Virus record (IMG/VR): IMGVR_UViG_3300025936_000016 | Coordinates: 32,001-96,000 of that record | Strand: one strand, 5' to 3' | DNA: 64,000 nucleotides | Source: a virus | Taxonomy: Duplodnaviria > Caudoviricetes | In this document: positions 25,601-35,890 of the stretch, piece after piece | How positions within the stretch are numbered: the first letter of the stretch is position 1 | How the letters are laid out: every line of letters starts with the position of its first letter | Position numbers and translations under genes: made by a program | The notes under the pieces: model-generated | What the model saw: the letters and a program-made list of their open reading frames with translations, nothing else | Told to the model about the DNA's origin: nothing | Databases searched by the model: none

Positions 25601-28600
25601 ACGGCACCCAGGTCGATAACCCTGGCCCAGAAGAAGGCCCGCGCCCGGAAGTGGGGCCAGAAGCATGGCTATGAGGGCCGAGCTGGTGGCTGGATCCATG
25701 ACTCCAAGGGCAAGCCGGTAGCCCATGGCTGGGACGCGCTGTACAACCAGCACACGGATGCCATCGAGAAGGACACTGCACCATCCGTCAGGGCAACTCC
25801 GGCCAAGAAGGCCACTGGACCCACGTTCAAGGAGCGGGTGGCTGCCGCCAGGAAGGAAGGACCACCGCCCCCGGAGACCCCAGGGCAGGAAGCGGCCAGG
25901 GAGCGGAGGCACCAGCAGGCCCTAAGGCGCATTGAGAATAGGAAGAAGGCGGAAAGCGCCGACGTCCAGGCTCACAACGAGGCCAGAAGGATCATCACCT
26001 CTGACGGTCAGGTCAATTCCAGTAACCTGCGCCAGGCCTTGGTCGACGCCCATGGTGAGGCAGCCCGGTCGCGCGTCCTTGAGAGTCTCGACACGAACCT
26101 CAACCGACAGCGCAAGGGCACTCGGTTCTATGGTGAGAAGCTGCCGGCCACGGAATGGCGCAAGATCGCACGTGACCTTGGTGTCAAGGGCATGGCTCGT
26201 AGCGACAGCCCCACCATCAAGGCTGCCATTCTCAAGAACTTCGCCGACGTAGACGAGGCCCGCAAGGCAGACATTCAGGCCCGTAACGCATCCGTAAAGG
26301 ACCGTAGTCGGGATGTCATTGAGGCACAGGCGATCCTTGACTCCGCCAAGAAGGACCCCCACTACCACAAGCGTGGCGGTTGGGGCAGGAACTCGTTTGA
26401 CACTGACCGGGGCGGGGACCTGCTCGGCGAGAAGATAGCCGAGGCCCAGGGCTTCGACCAGCTGCCTGAGGTTGTAAGTCGGGAGGAGTTCGAGCAGCGT
26501 CGCGGCAAGGACATTGGGCTGGTCCTGTACCGGGGCGTCAACACCACGGGCCGGGCCGAGCCTGGTATGGGCGGGGAGTTCAAGGGCAAGCCAGCCTCCG
26601 AGGTTCATGACGAGTTCCGCGAAGGCCGCTACCACATGGGTATCGGGTCCTTTGGCAACGGCACCTACATGACCAGGAACAGCCAGCACGCCAAGGGTTA
26701 CAGCGACCTGACCGAAGGTGCTGTGGCCCGGTACGGCCTGTCGAAAGACGCCAAGATCGTTGAGCTTCCCGACCTGATCGATGAGCACAACAAGTACATG
26801 GAGGGTCTGCCAGAGACCAGCCGTCTGCGCAGGGTCTTCGGCGACGACATCGGCCGCTACGCCATGTCTCGGGGTTACGACGCCATCCACGTGCCCCGTG
26901 GCTCTCAGGCCATTGGCGTGGGGCCTGAGGGCGCCAAGGACCAGTACGTCATCCTGAACCGGGGCAAGGTCATTGCCGAGGCACCTGGGGCTGTTGGCAC
27001 TGTGGCTGAGGCCCGAAAGGCCGTCCGTGCCAAGAAGGCCGTTCCTCGTGCTGCTGGCAGGACTGGCGACGGGGACCGGGTCGACTTCGAGGGCATGACT
27101 CCGCCACAAAAGGCCCTCAGCAAGAGGGCTGCCAAGGGTATTGCTGCCCGGGTGGCAGCCAAGCAAGAGCCTGAGGCTCCGCCGGCCAAGGCGGTTAAGG
27201 CGGTCCCTAAGGCAATGCCTGCAGCCAAGAAGGCAGCGGCGCCTAAGTTCCTGCGCCCACTTGCTGACGGCACGCCCAGGAAGAGTGCCACGAACCTTGA
27301 AGTTGGTGACATTGCCTCTAACTCGTATCGACGGGACCGGCCCCCGATGCGAGTCACCAAGTTGGAGCGCAACGGAAACAACATCTCGGTCACTTTCGAG
27401 GATGGGTCAGTCGACCGTGCTGGCGTCAACTGGGCGTATTGGATCGGTCCCCGTGGTGGGGCCAAGAAGGCTGCTCCTGGGCCTGGGCCAGCACCTCTTC
27501 CCCCTGGCCAGGGTCGCGCTGTCACCAAGGCGCTACCGATCCAGGCCAGTACCCCAGGCGAGAACCCAGCTGTTCGACCAGGCGGAAAGATTGCCCTAGG
27601 CAGACTTCGCCAAGGCGACACAGTTCTGGTCCACAAGAACGACGATGGGACCTATCGTCCTGCCTCCCGTAAGACGGGCGCCATCCCGGTAAAGGTGGAT
27701 CGGGTCGAGCAAGTTGCCGCCACTGGCGGATTCCGGCGGACCACCAACCGGATGGCGGTCATAGGCACGGACCCGGATGGGAACGAAATCACGGTTGGCT
27801 ACAGCCCTGCCTCCCGTCGAGGGGAAGGGTTCCCTGGTCACCAGACCTTTATGTACGTCCCTAAGTCAGAGCCTGTCAAGGCAGCCAAGAAGGCCGCCCC
27901 AGCGAAGGCAGTAAAGGCTGCTCCGGCCAAGGTTGCCAAGGCTGCTGTCCCGGCCGCTGCACCTGAAGGTATCCCCGAGCAGCTGCCCACCAGCGTCACG
28001 GCCCTACGGAAGCTGGCCAAGGACAACGGCATCCCTGGTCACAACGAGTTGGGTCCTGACTCCTTGCGCGATGCCCTACGGGCCAAGCGTGAAAATCCTA
28101 ATGTCATCCCTGTTTCTGCTGAGCTGTTCCCGCCAGAGATAAGGGACAAGATCACTCCTGCCGGCCTACGGGAGATTGGCAAAAGCCAAGGAGTTGACCT
28201 CGAAGGCAAGACGACCGACGAGCTGCTTACGGACCTGGTCCGTAAGAGCATGCTCAAGGGTGCAGACGAGAAGGTCGCTAGGGCCACGCGTCAGGAGGCC
28301 CGCAAAGCAGCCGCTGCCAAGAAGCTCAGCGAGAAGAACGACAAGTATGGTCCCGACGGTCCATCACACCTCGACCTGGACAAGGTCACCGAGGGCATGG
28401 ACATTGACGCCAGTCACCGTGCTGTGCTTGATGATGCACAGGCCAGGCTGAACAGCGGCGATAGCCCGGCACAGGTAGCTAAGGAGCTGAGGGACCGGGC
28501 CCAGGGCCTGGAAACTCACAACGCCTATGTAAATGGTGGCTGGGGTCACGACGTACATCGAGCCATGGATCCCCTCACGCCGGAGGAGCGAGCCAAGGCC

Positions 28601-31600
28601 AAGGCTGACGACAAGGCTAAGTACAACGCTGAAAAGGCCAGGGCCAAGCAACTACGTGACGTTGCCGATCGCCTGGAGAAGACCCGTCGCCCAGTAGCCA
28701 GGAAGGCAGCGCCACCCAAGGCCACGCCTGCCAAGAAGGCCGCCACACCCACGCCCACGGCCAGGGTCGGTAAGGCTTCTGTTGGGCCCGAGCACCAGCG
28801 CAGTCTCCGGGAGGCGGTCAAGAAGGCAGCGCCATCGTCACGCCGTGTCTCTGAAAGGCCATACAACGCGCGTGACCGGAACCGTCTCACCGGCGCTGGG
28901 GACGAAGCGGCACAAGAGCGCATCCGCCAGCGGGCCAATGAGCTGTACGACGGGTCCCGCACTGTGGCTGCCGCCTGGCGCCAGGCCCTGGACGAGCACG
29001 AGGCAGCTAACCCGTTGCCGGGCAAGAAGGCCGTCCCTGCCGTCAAGAAGCTACCCACAACCAAGGTGTCGTTCACGAGGGGCACAAGGGTCCGCGACGA
29101 AAACGGAACCATAGGCCGCGTCACAAGCCTCAGTGACGACGGAAAGCACGTCAATGTCCGTTGGGACAATGGAGTGCTCCAGAGCCATCGCGGCATTGAC
29201 AGCGTCAAGGTCGTTCCGCCTGAGACTGTCAGGAAGGCACCCACCAAGGCAGAGATCAATGGCCTGGGCAACGAAGACGAGGTTGAGGCACTCCTCAAGG
29301 AGCGCAACCCAACCGTGGCCGAGCTTCGGAAACTGGCCACAGAGGTAGGACCTCACGTCAGCACCAAGGGCACCAAGGCCCAGCTGATGAAGAACATTGC
29401 ATCCGGGTCCGAGCCGGGCATGAAGAACCGTCCGGCCAGGCTCTTTGCTGAGCCCAAGGTGCCGGCCAAGAAGGCTGTCCCCAAGGCCACGCGGCCCATG
29501 CGAGTTGGCGACATGGTGCCCGAGGGTGAGACCATCCCTGAACCTAAGGGCCGTCAGGTTTCGTTCCGTAGCGTTCAAGGTGGAGACATTGCCACCTGGG
29601 ATGACAGGGGCACCCTTCGCCGGGGTCGGGTCGTGGACGACGGTCCTCGCCGCCGGTACGTGGACTGGGAGGGTGGACGACGGGAGCGGCTCAACTCGGC
29701 CGCACGTACGGGCGTCACCTTCCACAAGGCCGAGGCCGCTCCGACTAAGGCTGCACCAGCCAAGAAGATAGCCGCCAAGAAGGCTGCACCAGCTGCCGGG
29801 GTCCAGGAGAAGCTGCGCCAGGACGAGGCCGAACGCCTACGGGCCGAGATCAAGAAGGCCTCAGCCCTAGGAAGTCGTGGCGCCGTAAAGCGCCGCAAGC
29901 TACAGGATCGGCTTCAGGGCGTTGAGAATGCCGGACATGCTGAAGACGTAGCGCCCGAGGAGATGACTCCTGACGGCAAGCAGGCCTGGGCCGATTCCTA
30001 CCGCCAGAGCATTCGAGATGGTTTCGGTGACGAAGTAGCACGGCGCAAGGCCGACACCGACGCGTTCAAGGCCGCAATGGCAGACAGGGCTGGTGCTCCT
30101 GCTGCCAAGGTTGCTCCGTCGCCCCGCCGTGGCGAGGTGCATAGCCTGGCCTCCGACCTTGGTATGGACGAGCGCGACGCCAAGCGCATTGACCACCTTC
30201 AGGAAACCACCATCCTCAAGGGCAAGGACATTGGCCGACCTCTGACCCGGGGGGAGATGGCCGACCAGATCGATGACATGATCACGAACCCACTCACCGG
30301 GTTGGAGGAGCAAAGGAAGGACTTCATCAAGAAGCACGACCTGGACAACGCCACCGAGGCACAGGCGCGGATCGACCGCTGGCGTCAGCTTGAGGGTCGC
30401 GTCCGGGCCGCAGCATCAGCTCGTGCTGTCAAGAAGGCCATGCCCGCCAAGAAGGCGGCTCCTGGCGGTCCAGGCGACCTGGCTCCAGAAGAACTGATCG
30501 CGATTCGGGACCTCAGCGCCAAGGGCCATTTCACGGACACCGGCTGGGTCCGGAGCACGGACCTCAAGCCGGAGCAGCGTAAGCACCTGGATGGCTTGGC
30601 CGAGAAGGGCTACGCCGAGAAGCGGACCACAGCCGAAGGCGACTTCTTCCGGATCGACAAGCGTGGGTTCAAGGCCCGGCAGCCCACGGTTGAAGGACAA
30701 GCCCTTGAGGGTGATGTCATTCCGGCTAAGTTGGAGGCAGAACACAGGCTACCGCTACACAAGATCAACCGTGGCGCTGTCATCCAGGCCTATCGTGACC
30801 CCAATGATCCGTCAAAGATCACCAATGTCCCAGAAACAGGCGTAGACCCCAGCCGTGTCGTCCGGGTTCAGGTTCAGCGGATTGACCGTCTGGGCGAGGA
30901 CAAGCAGCCCGTCAAGGGTGCACAGCTGCCTTGGCATGCACGGATCGTTGGCCATGACCTTGATACTGGGCGACGGGTTGATAGTGATGTCAACAGCATC
31001 GGTTCTCATTGGAACTGGGAGCTGAACCCAGACACAGACACCAGTCCTGACATCGAGGGTGAGGTTGTTCAGCCCAAGAAGGCGGTGACGGCAGCCAAGA
31101 AGGCAGTCCCTAAGGCGGCACCAGCAGCCAAGAAGACAGCGCCCGCCAAGAAGGCCGCGCCTCGTGGTTCCACGGAACTCAGCGACCAGGCCAGGATCTA
31201 CGCCCAGGAGCGGCACGACTCCAACGTCAGGATCCAGCACGCTGTCACCCAGACCAAGAAGCCGGCCGGCTCGAACCTGGGCCTGAAGCCATTCCAGAAC
31301 CTGACCAACGACGACATCGACCGGCTGTCGGGGCCTGAGAAGCAGTCCATGACCGACGCCCTGGTCCGGGAACGGGACGCAGCCCCGACCCTGGCCGGCA
31401 AGCGCGAGGCCCTGGACCAGTTGGACCGGCTCCATGGTGGACGCTGGGAGCCACCAGAGGAGGCAACTCCTGAGGCACCCAAGGCGACAATGCCGGAACG
31501 TCGCCCCGAACTCCCACGTGCCATTGACACTTCGGCCAAGCGCCGGCTCTATGTCCAGGACCAAGAGAAGCTGACCCGGGAGCAGTTCGACGCCCTACCT

Positions 31601-34600
31601 CAGGAGCAGCGCGACCAGATCGTGTCGAACCTGCACGAGATCGGGGCCATGGACGATGTGCCCCGGGCCTTCCGCGACAGCATGGGCTCATTGGTACGGG
31701 GCGCCACCCGTTCGCCCCACAACGATGCCGCCAAGCGCCTGGAGCGAAGGTTCACTGAGCCCTACACACCTAAGCCCACCCGTCCCGCCAAGGCTGCCTC
31801 AACCCAGGAGGCTTTGGACAGGATCAAGGCCATCCCTGCCGACTCCAGCAACCCGGCCGAGGAGATCGACCGGGCCCTGAGTGGCATGACCAACCGGGAA
31901 ATCGGAAAGGTCGCCGCTGAAGGTGGTTGGTACGAGCGCGGTGGCTACGACGTTCGTGGCGAGACCCGGGCCAGCCTCATTGAGCGGATCCGGGAGAACA
32001 CGCACCCGAACACACCCACCGAGAAGGTGACCCCAGCACCTGAGGCGCCAGCTGCTACGAAGGCCGTCCCCAAGGCCACCCCACGCATGCCCCGGGACAC
32101 TGAGGCCAAGGCCGTCACCAGGACCCAGCAGATCCGGGACCTGAAGGATCGGGATGCGGCCGAGAAGATGCTGGTGGACAAGGAGGTTGGCCTGGACGAG
32201 CTGCGCCTCATCGCCCAGGACAATGGCGTCGACCCGGTCCAGCCCAAGGACCAGCTCCGTCGCGCCATCGTCGAGGCCCTGATCCCAGACGAGGGCGGTA
32301 GCCCAGCTAAGAAGGCAGCAGCTAAGGCTTCTGTCGCTGCCGCGAAGTCCGTGCCATCGAAGACGCCACCGGCCGGTACCCGGGGCACTGGTGGAGGCGG
32401 GGCCAAGTACTCCACCAAGCCGCTGCTGGACAACAACTGGGGCGGTGGCGGTGGACCTATTCACTACCACGACCATGGCCCCATTGGTCTGGCCGTGCAG
32501 CGCATGGGCAACGACAAGACGCTGGACATTGATGGTGAGCCGCTGGCCAACCGGGTCGGGATCCTGGCCACGGATGGCGTGACCGGGCGCAAGACCACAC
32601 AGGAAGTCATCGAGGGCCTACGGGAGATCCGGGACAAGACGCCAGCGGGAAGTAAGGCCCGCGAGCAGCTGGACCACGCCATCAAGGAGATTGATTTCCC
32701 GCCAAGGACCGGGTCCCTGCCTGACGACGCCCTGCCGCCTGTTCGTGAGCTGATGCGGAACATCGAGAAGGTTCCTCTGGCTCGGGGCCAGAAGGACCGG
32801 TACGGCAATGACCGGTTCAATGAGATGGACTACCTCACCGACTTGGCCGAGAAGTTCGACCGGGGCGACATCAGCGGCCTGGACCTGATCGGCAAGATCC
32901 GGGACCTGACCCGGGACCGTCACGAGAGTGAAGGTGCTGAGGGCAAGTTCGAGATGGACCGGTACGCCAGGAAAGCGGCTGACGACCTGGAGAAGATGTA
33001 TCGGGACCCGAACACCCGCAAGCAGTTGGCGCGTAGGAGCCCAGACCAGGCCAGCACCGGGCGGGTCCCGGAGGTGGACACCAGCGCCAGGACGCCTACT
33101 GGCGTAGACCGGGCACTGCAGCGGCTGGAGGCAAGGAACCGGAACCGGCGCATCGAGCGGACCCAGGCCGCCATCAGCCTGGCCCAGGAGCTGCGGGACA
33201 TCAACGACACCGATCGGAGCGGCTTCCTTGAGGCTGTTCGTCAGCGCGTTGAGGGCAACCCAGGTGACGTGAACAACGAGCGGGACATGCTCGGCCAGGG
33301 TCACCAGGACCTGGTCGAGGCCCTGGGTGACTGGACCAAGCTGGACACCAAGGCCAAGGTGGAGGCCCGACTCAAGAAGTACTTCGAAGATCGTGGAATC
33401 ACTGAGGAGCGCAAGGTCGGGGATCAGGTCGACTTTGATCCGGACACTATGGACACGTTCCCTGGCGTCGACATCGCACCAGGCGACAAGGTCGAGGTCG
33501 TTCGTACTGGCTACCGGTACCGGGACAAGGACACTGGTCAAGAGATCCTATTGACCAAGCCCATCGTGGTCCGTGAAGGGCAGGGTAGGGAGTCAGGCCC
33601 TTTAGCTGACGTCACGCCCGAAGTCGCTGCGCCCGAAGGTCCGCGCCCTGTCCCCAAGGGCATGAGGCGGTCCACTGGGCCATTGGGTGAGGTCGACATA
33701 CCCAGAGCCAAGAGCGAGGGCAACATCCGGATCCCAGACGAGGGCCGGGACTTCGTCAACGACATCCAGCAGGGTGTGCGTCGGAGCCCTGACAACATCC
33801 TGGACCGGGCCGACCACCTCAGCGCCGAGGACCTACGCAAGGTCGCTGGATACCTCGGCATTGATACAACGTCCAAGGATCGGAAGGTCACGCTCCGGAA
33901 CAAGGTCGTCCGTGAAATCGGGCGCCGGATGGGATTCGAGCACCGGGAGACTTCACCCAAGCGTGAGGAGCTGGAGCTTCTCTCCACAGCCCAACTCAAG
34001 GAACGGCTCCCCAAGGGCGTCAAGGCACCGACTGGCGCCTCCCGGGCCGAGCTGGTCGACATGGTCATGGGCGACGAACCCTCCAGTCCTCGCCATGCCT
34101 CTTTGACACCGGCCCAGGAGGAAATCAAGCACGCCTTCGACGAGGGAATGACTGACGTCAAGAGCCTTGGTGGCGGCTCGATGGGTCGGGTCACATTGAC
34201 CGAGGGCAAGGACGGCAGGAAGTACGTCCGTAAGCGGGTGCGCCGCGACTGGTTCATTGGCGCCGAGGAGCAGGCCGATTCCGAGACCCTGTGGTCCCGG
34301 GCTGCCCGGGAGATTGGCATTGGCGCCCCAGCGGTCTACTCGCCGTCCCAGCGCACCGTGGTCATGGACCATGTGCCATGGAAACTGGCCAGTAAGCACA
34401 GCCAGGAAGAGGTTGATGCTGCAGTAGCCACGCCCGAGGGCCGGCGCCTGCACATCCTGGACCTGATCACAGGCAATGTCGACCGGCACAACGACAACTG
34501 GATGATCGACGACCAGGGTCGGCCCGTTCCCATCGACAACGCCTTGTCGTTCCGGCCCGAGATGCAGGGCACTGCTGGCTCGATCCTGGCCCCCAGTGCC

Positions 34601-35890
34601 AACGGCGAGACACCACCGGCTGCACTCCACGGACTGGACCCGTTCCGACTGCACTACAAGGCCCAACTAGGGAACTATGACGATATTGGCATCGCCAAGG
34701 GCAATGTTCGTTGGGCCCAGAAGGTTGACTTCGACCGTGATGAGCTGCTTGAGATCCGCGACAAGTTGCAGTCGCTGAAGCCTGAGTTCACACGGCTGGG
34801 CCGGGACGACTGGCACGACGACATGATGGGTCGACTCGATGCCCTGATCACGCGGGCCCGAGCCCCTCAGTCACCAGCCGTGTACCAGAGCCACAGCGCG
34901 TCTGACCGACACCCTCGCGACCAGGCCGGGCGGTGGGCCGAAGAGAGAGGGGCCTACAGTCCTCGTCGGTACCTGGAGGACATCAGGGACCTGGGCAAGG
35001 TTCGGCAGGCGTTCGTCCCACCACCGCCGCCAGCTCGCCGGTCCAAGCCGGTTCCAGAGCTGTTCCCCAACGCTGGAGTCAATGGGACTGCGGTTAGCTC
35101 CGTGACCCTGAATACCAGTCCACAGACCGCGCCCTACACCATTGCGCATGGAACTGTATGGAAGCGCAATGGCGCCACCTTCCTCGTCGAGCACGAGGAC
35201 ACACCCGCTGGCCGTAGCTTCGCCCAGTCCGTACAGCGCTCCCTTGAGCGTTACCACGGTCAATTGCCCGACCCTCGCTACGCAAGGTCATACACCTGGG
35301 CAAACCGCCCCAATCCTGAGGACGCCTACTGGCAGCAGAGGTACAAAATCCCGGACTTCAGCTCCGCTGCATCGGCTGATGGCGATGGAAACATGACCCT
35401 GTGGAACAGGTCTTACTACAGGGGCGACGAGGTCAGTGAAGTCCTTGACCACGAATATGGCCATGGAGTCGATCACCGCAATCCCCTTGGCATCAGCTCC
35501 GATTCCCCTCAATGGGCCCAGGCGGCCAAGGCGGACAACAGCACCAGGGGTTCAGTCCAAGACTTCCGGCCCCGCAACCCGGGTCCAGCCAGGGCCGTCC
35601 TGATGCAGCCATCGACGGATCCCAAGGTCGAGTTCCCAGATGGCGTCACTACTTACGGTGCATCAAATCGCGAGGAGGACTACGCCGAGTCCATGCGCCT
35701 ATACATGGCCGGAGTCATCGGCTGGGGCCGGCGGGAGCCAGGCGGGCCCCTGGAGCCGATCTGGTTCCGGGACCTGTTCCCCACTCGGGCCAGACTCCTG
35801 GACCAGGTACTACCACAGTTTGCCTACAGTCAGCAGGGCGAGATCCTAAGGATCCGGAGCCTGCCACCGGCACAAAGGATGGCAGCCTAG
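22604..35890 (+). CDS. giant 4428-aa polyvalent head-associated protein (ART-like x2, Rho_N-like, KOW/SH3-like, GrpE-like, kinase, zincin)
   Basis: Uninterrupted ORF with strong codon bias; motifs listed in findings. Confidence 0.88.
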   Translation: MVTVDVDGMLDFWSDDIGAGIAPVTMLSSAFSTEFSALGDAVRGQWKPDLHPRDSHGRFRDKWTLSPKARQIVERILAGFDPVELKSDNHAASYLNQHKKPRSKGQEATLDYFLTREGNEDIQSSLRAGLDTKRPSTQGTRVRDLDGMMAPLDNDLILSRVVGPDAFGLPPERIGEVEEWTGKLIDDLGYAPTNIGTPHPIEGPHIEMRILAPRGTKAIVKGDGSRTVVLDREQPLQLDKIQSDGRGGFYILATVMPRSGSGTAPRALGRELAPGEKSPAIEATPDELARRGLTPEGSPLPQSLPPAGTPAPNEQPVQPNIPPAQGPPAETKPVAEVPLGAGKVVGPDTKVAPREKIAGPESKQVMPEDQARLADEQRRIDKRQAALDAREARMARLQELDNQRLRQENEQLRQQVEGTPPAPEAPAPIRADRETQTSLTRTEAQKDADVVRRYQKLRDEPGFPRNSDEERIQQRAEQVMAGKPTPEPTKRAPRKAAPAKAAPVKAAKAAPAAKKAAPVKKAAPAKAAPAKAVPEAAPRPASSEVVDIALRGETPGSTPARGYIQNARRINRNGGTPSEVADELRRGAEELRTGEPLSEGDMPDRLGHDEQDLRDITRSDASTLERMADQVEAAAATPEPAKAVKAAPVKKVAAPRAARPTSITQLRREATQLKVPGRSTMDRDQLEAALEARRKREGESDEAHAARLAELNAPKRPVKKAAPAKAAATKATPAKKVAPIKAASAAEPGSLVDELNNDPNVDLGRAPGNKLDDAGETIRRYAGEGSDTPESLRERADLLERSADIDRRLAGIINDPGEVQDGASRKDAAAAAFRRRADRLEAGAPPAKKVAPAAKATPEKAMTKEEADAEAYRRQRERVAEIRRETRARDEERKKNRTPEQVQRDEAETARIQELAKRTGARVERENAEADAAIRDITTPWKNMARVEDKDLSDFDRVGIDLVADQLRHKRISKAEAARRLSRPDEPDDSPMNRIAKAITAPRSITLAQKKARARKWGQKHGYEGRAGGWIHDSKGKPVAHGWDALYNQHTDAIEKDTAPSVRATPAKKATGPTFKERVAAARKEGPPPPETPGQEAARERRHQQALRRIENRKKAESADVQAHNEARRIITSDGQVNSSNLRQALVDAHGEAARSRVLESLDTNLNRQRKGTRFYGEKLPATEWRKIARDLGVKGMARSDSPTIKAAILKNFADVDEARKADIQARNASVKDRSRDVIEAQAILDSAKKDPHYHKRGGWGRNSFDTDRGGDLLGEKIAEAQGFDQLPEVVSREEFEQRRGKDIGLVLYRGVNTTGRAEPGMGGEFKGKPASEVHDEFREGRYHMGIGSFGNGTYMTRNSQHAKGYSDLTEGAVARYGLSKDAKIVELPDLIDEHNKYMEGLPETSRLRRVFGDDIGRYAMSRGYDAIHVPRGSQAIGVGPEGAKDQYVILNRGKVIAEAPGAVGTVAEARKAVRAKKAVPRAAGRTGDGDRVDFEGMTPPQKALSKRAAKGIAARVAAKQEPEAPPAKAVKAVPKAMPAAKKAAAPKFLRPLADGTPRKSATNLEVGDIASNSYRRDRPPMRVTKLERNGNNISVTFEDGSVDRAGVNWAYWIGPRGGAKKAAPGPGPAPLPPGQGRAVTKALPIQASTPGENPAVRPGGKIALGRLRQGDTVLVHKNDDGTYRPASRKTGAIPVKVDRVEQVAATGGFRRTTNRMAVIGTDPDGNEITVGYSPASRRGEGFPGHQTFMYVPKSEPVKAAKKAAPAKAVKAAPAKVAKAAVPAAAPEGIPEQLPTSVTALRKLAKDNGIPGHNELGPDSLRDALRAKRENPNVIPVSAELFPPEIRDKITPAGLREIGKSQGVDLEGKTTDELLTDLVRKSMLKGADEKVARATRQEARKAAAAKKLSEKNDKYGPDGPSHLDLDKVTEGMDIDASHRAVLDDAQARLNSGDSPAQVAKELRDRAQGLETHNAYVNGGWGHDVHRAMDPLTPEERAKAKADDKAKYNAEKARAKQLRDVADRLEKTRRPVARKAAPPKATPAKKAATPTPTARVGKASVGPEHQRSLREAVKKAAPSSRRVSERPYNARDRNRLTGAGDEAAQERIRQRANELYDGSRTVAAAWRQALDEHEAANPLPGKKAVPAVKKLPTTKVSFTRGTRVRDENGTIGRVTSLSDDGKHVNVRWDNGVLQSHRGIDSVKVVPPETVRKAPTKAEINGLGNEDEVEALLKERNPTVAELRKLATEVGPHVSTKGTKAQLMKNIASGSEPGMKNRPARLFAEPKVPAKKAVPKATRPMRVGDMVPEGETIPEPKGRQVSFRSVQGGDIATWDDRGTLRRGRVVDDGPRRRYVDWEGGRRERLNSAARTGVTFHKAEAAPTKAAPAKKIAAKKAAPAAGVQEKLRQDEAERLRAEIKKASALGSRGAVKRRKLQDRLQGVENAGHAEDVAPEEMTPDGKQAWADSYRQSIRDGFGDEVARRKADTDAFKAAMADRAGAPAAKVAPSPRRGEVHSLASDLGMDERDAKRIDHLQETTILKGKDIGRPLTRGEMADQIDDMITNPLTGLEEQRKDFIKKHDLDNATEAQARIDRWRQLEGRVRAAASARAVKKAMPAKKAAPGGPGDLAPEELIAIRDLSAKGHFTDTGWVRSTDLKPEQRKHLDGLAEKGYAEKRTTAEGDFFRIDKRGFKARQPTVEGQALEGDVIPAKLEAEHRLPLHKINRGAVIQAYRDPNDPSKITNVPETGVDPSRVVRVQVQRIDRLGEDKQPVKGAQLPWHARIVGHDLDTGRRVDSDVNSIGSHWNWELNPDTDTSPDIEGEVVQPKKAVTAAKKAVPKAAPAAKKTAPAKKAAPRGSTELSDQARIYAQERHDSNVRIQHAVTQTKKPAGSNLGLKPFQNLTNDDIDRLSGPEKQSMTDALVRERDAAPTLAGKREALDQLDRLHGGRWEPPEEATPEAPKATMPERRPELPRAIDTSAKRRLYVQDQEKLTREQFDALPQEQRDQIVSNLHEIGAMDDVPRAFRDSMGSLVRGATRSPHNDAAKRLERRFTEPYTPKPTRPAKAASTQEALDRIKAIPADSSNPAEEIDRALSGMTNREIGKVAAEGGWYERGGYDVRGETRASLIERIRENTHPNTPTEKVTPAPEAPAATKAVPKATPRMPRDTEAKAVTRTQQIRDLKDRDAAEKMLVDKEVGLDELRLIAQDNGVDPVQPKDQLRRAIVEALIPDEGGSPAKKAAAKASVAAAKSVPSKTPPAGTRGTGGGGAKYSTKPLLDNNWGGGGGPIHYHDHGPIGLAVQRMGNDKTLDIDGEPLANRVGILATDGVTGRKTTQEVIEGLREIRDKTPAGSKAREQLDHAIKEIDFPPRTGSLPDDALPPVRELMRNIEKVPLARGQKDRYGNDRFNEMDYLTDLAEKFDRGDISGLDLIGKIRDLTRDRHESEGAEGKFEMDRYARKAADDLEKMYRDPNTRKQLARRSPDQASTGRVPEVDTSARTPTGVDRALQRLEARNRNRRIERTQAAISLAQELRDINDTDRSGFLEAVRQRVEGNPGDVNNERDMLGQGHQDLVEALGDWTKLDTKAKVEARLKKYFEDRGITEERKVGDQVDFDPDTMDTFPGVDIAPGDKVEVVRTGYRYRDKDTGQEILLTKPIVVREGQGRESGPLADVTPEVAAPEGPRPVPKGMRRSTGPLGEVDIPRAKSEGNIRIPDEGRDFVNDIQQGVRRSPDNILDRADHLSAEDLRKVAGYLGIDTTSKDRKVTLRNKVVREIGRRMGFEHRETSPKREELELLSTAQLKERLPKGVKAPTGASRAELVDMVMGDEPSSPRHASLTPAQEEIKHAFDEGMTDVKSLGGGSMGRVTLTEGKDGRKYVRKRVRRDWFIGAEEQADSETLWSRAAREIGIGAPAVYSPSQRTVVMDHVPWKLASKHSQEEVDAAVATPEGRRLHILDLITGNVDRHNDNWMIDDQGRPVPIDNALSFRPEMQGTAGSILAPSANGETPPAALHGLDPFRLHYKAQLGNYDDIGIAKGNVRWAQKVDFDRDELLEIRDKLQSLKPEFTRLGRDDWHDDMMGRLDALITRARAPQSPAVYQSHSASDRHPRDQAGRWAEERGAYSPRRYLEDIRDLGKVRQAFVPPPPPARRSKPVPELFPNAGVNGTAVSSVTLNTSPQTAPYTIAHGTVWKRNGATFLVEHEDTPAGRSFAQSVQRSLERYHGQLPDPRYARSYTWANRPNPEDAYWQQRYKIPDFSSAASADGDGNMTLWNRSYYRGDEVSEVLDHEYGHGVDHRNPLGISSDSPQWAQAAKADNSTRGSVQDFRPRNPGPARAVLMQPSTDPKVEFPDGVTTYGASNREEDYAESMRLYMAGVIGWGRREPGGPLEPIWFRDLFPTRARLLDQVLPQFAYSQQGEILRIRSLPPAQRMAA

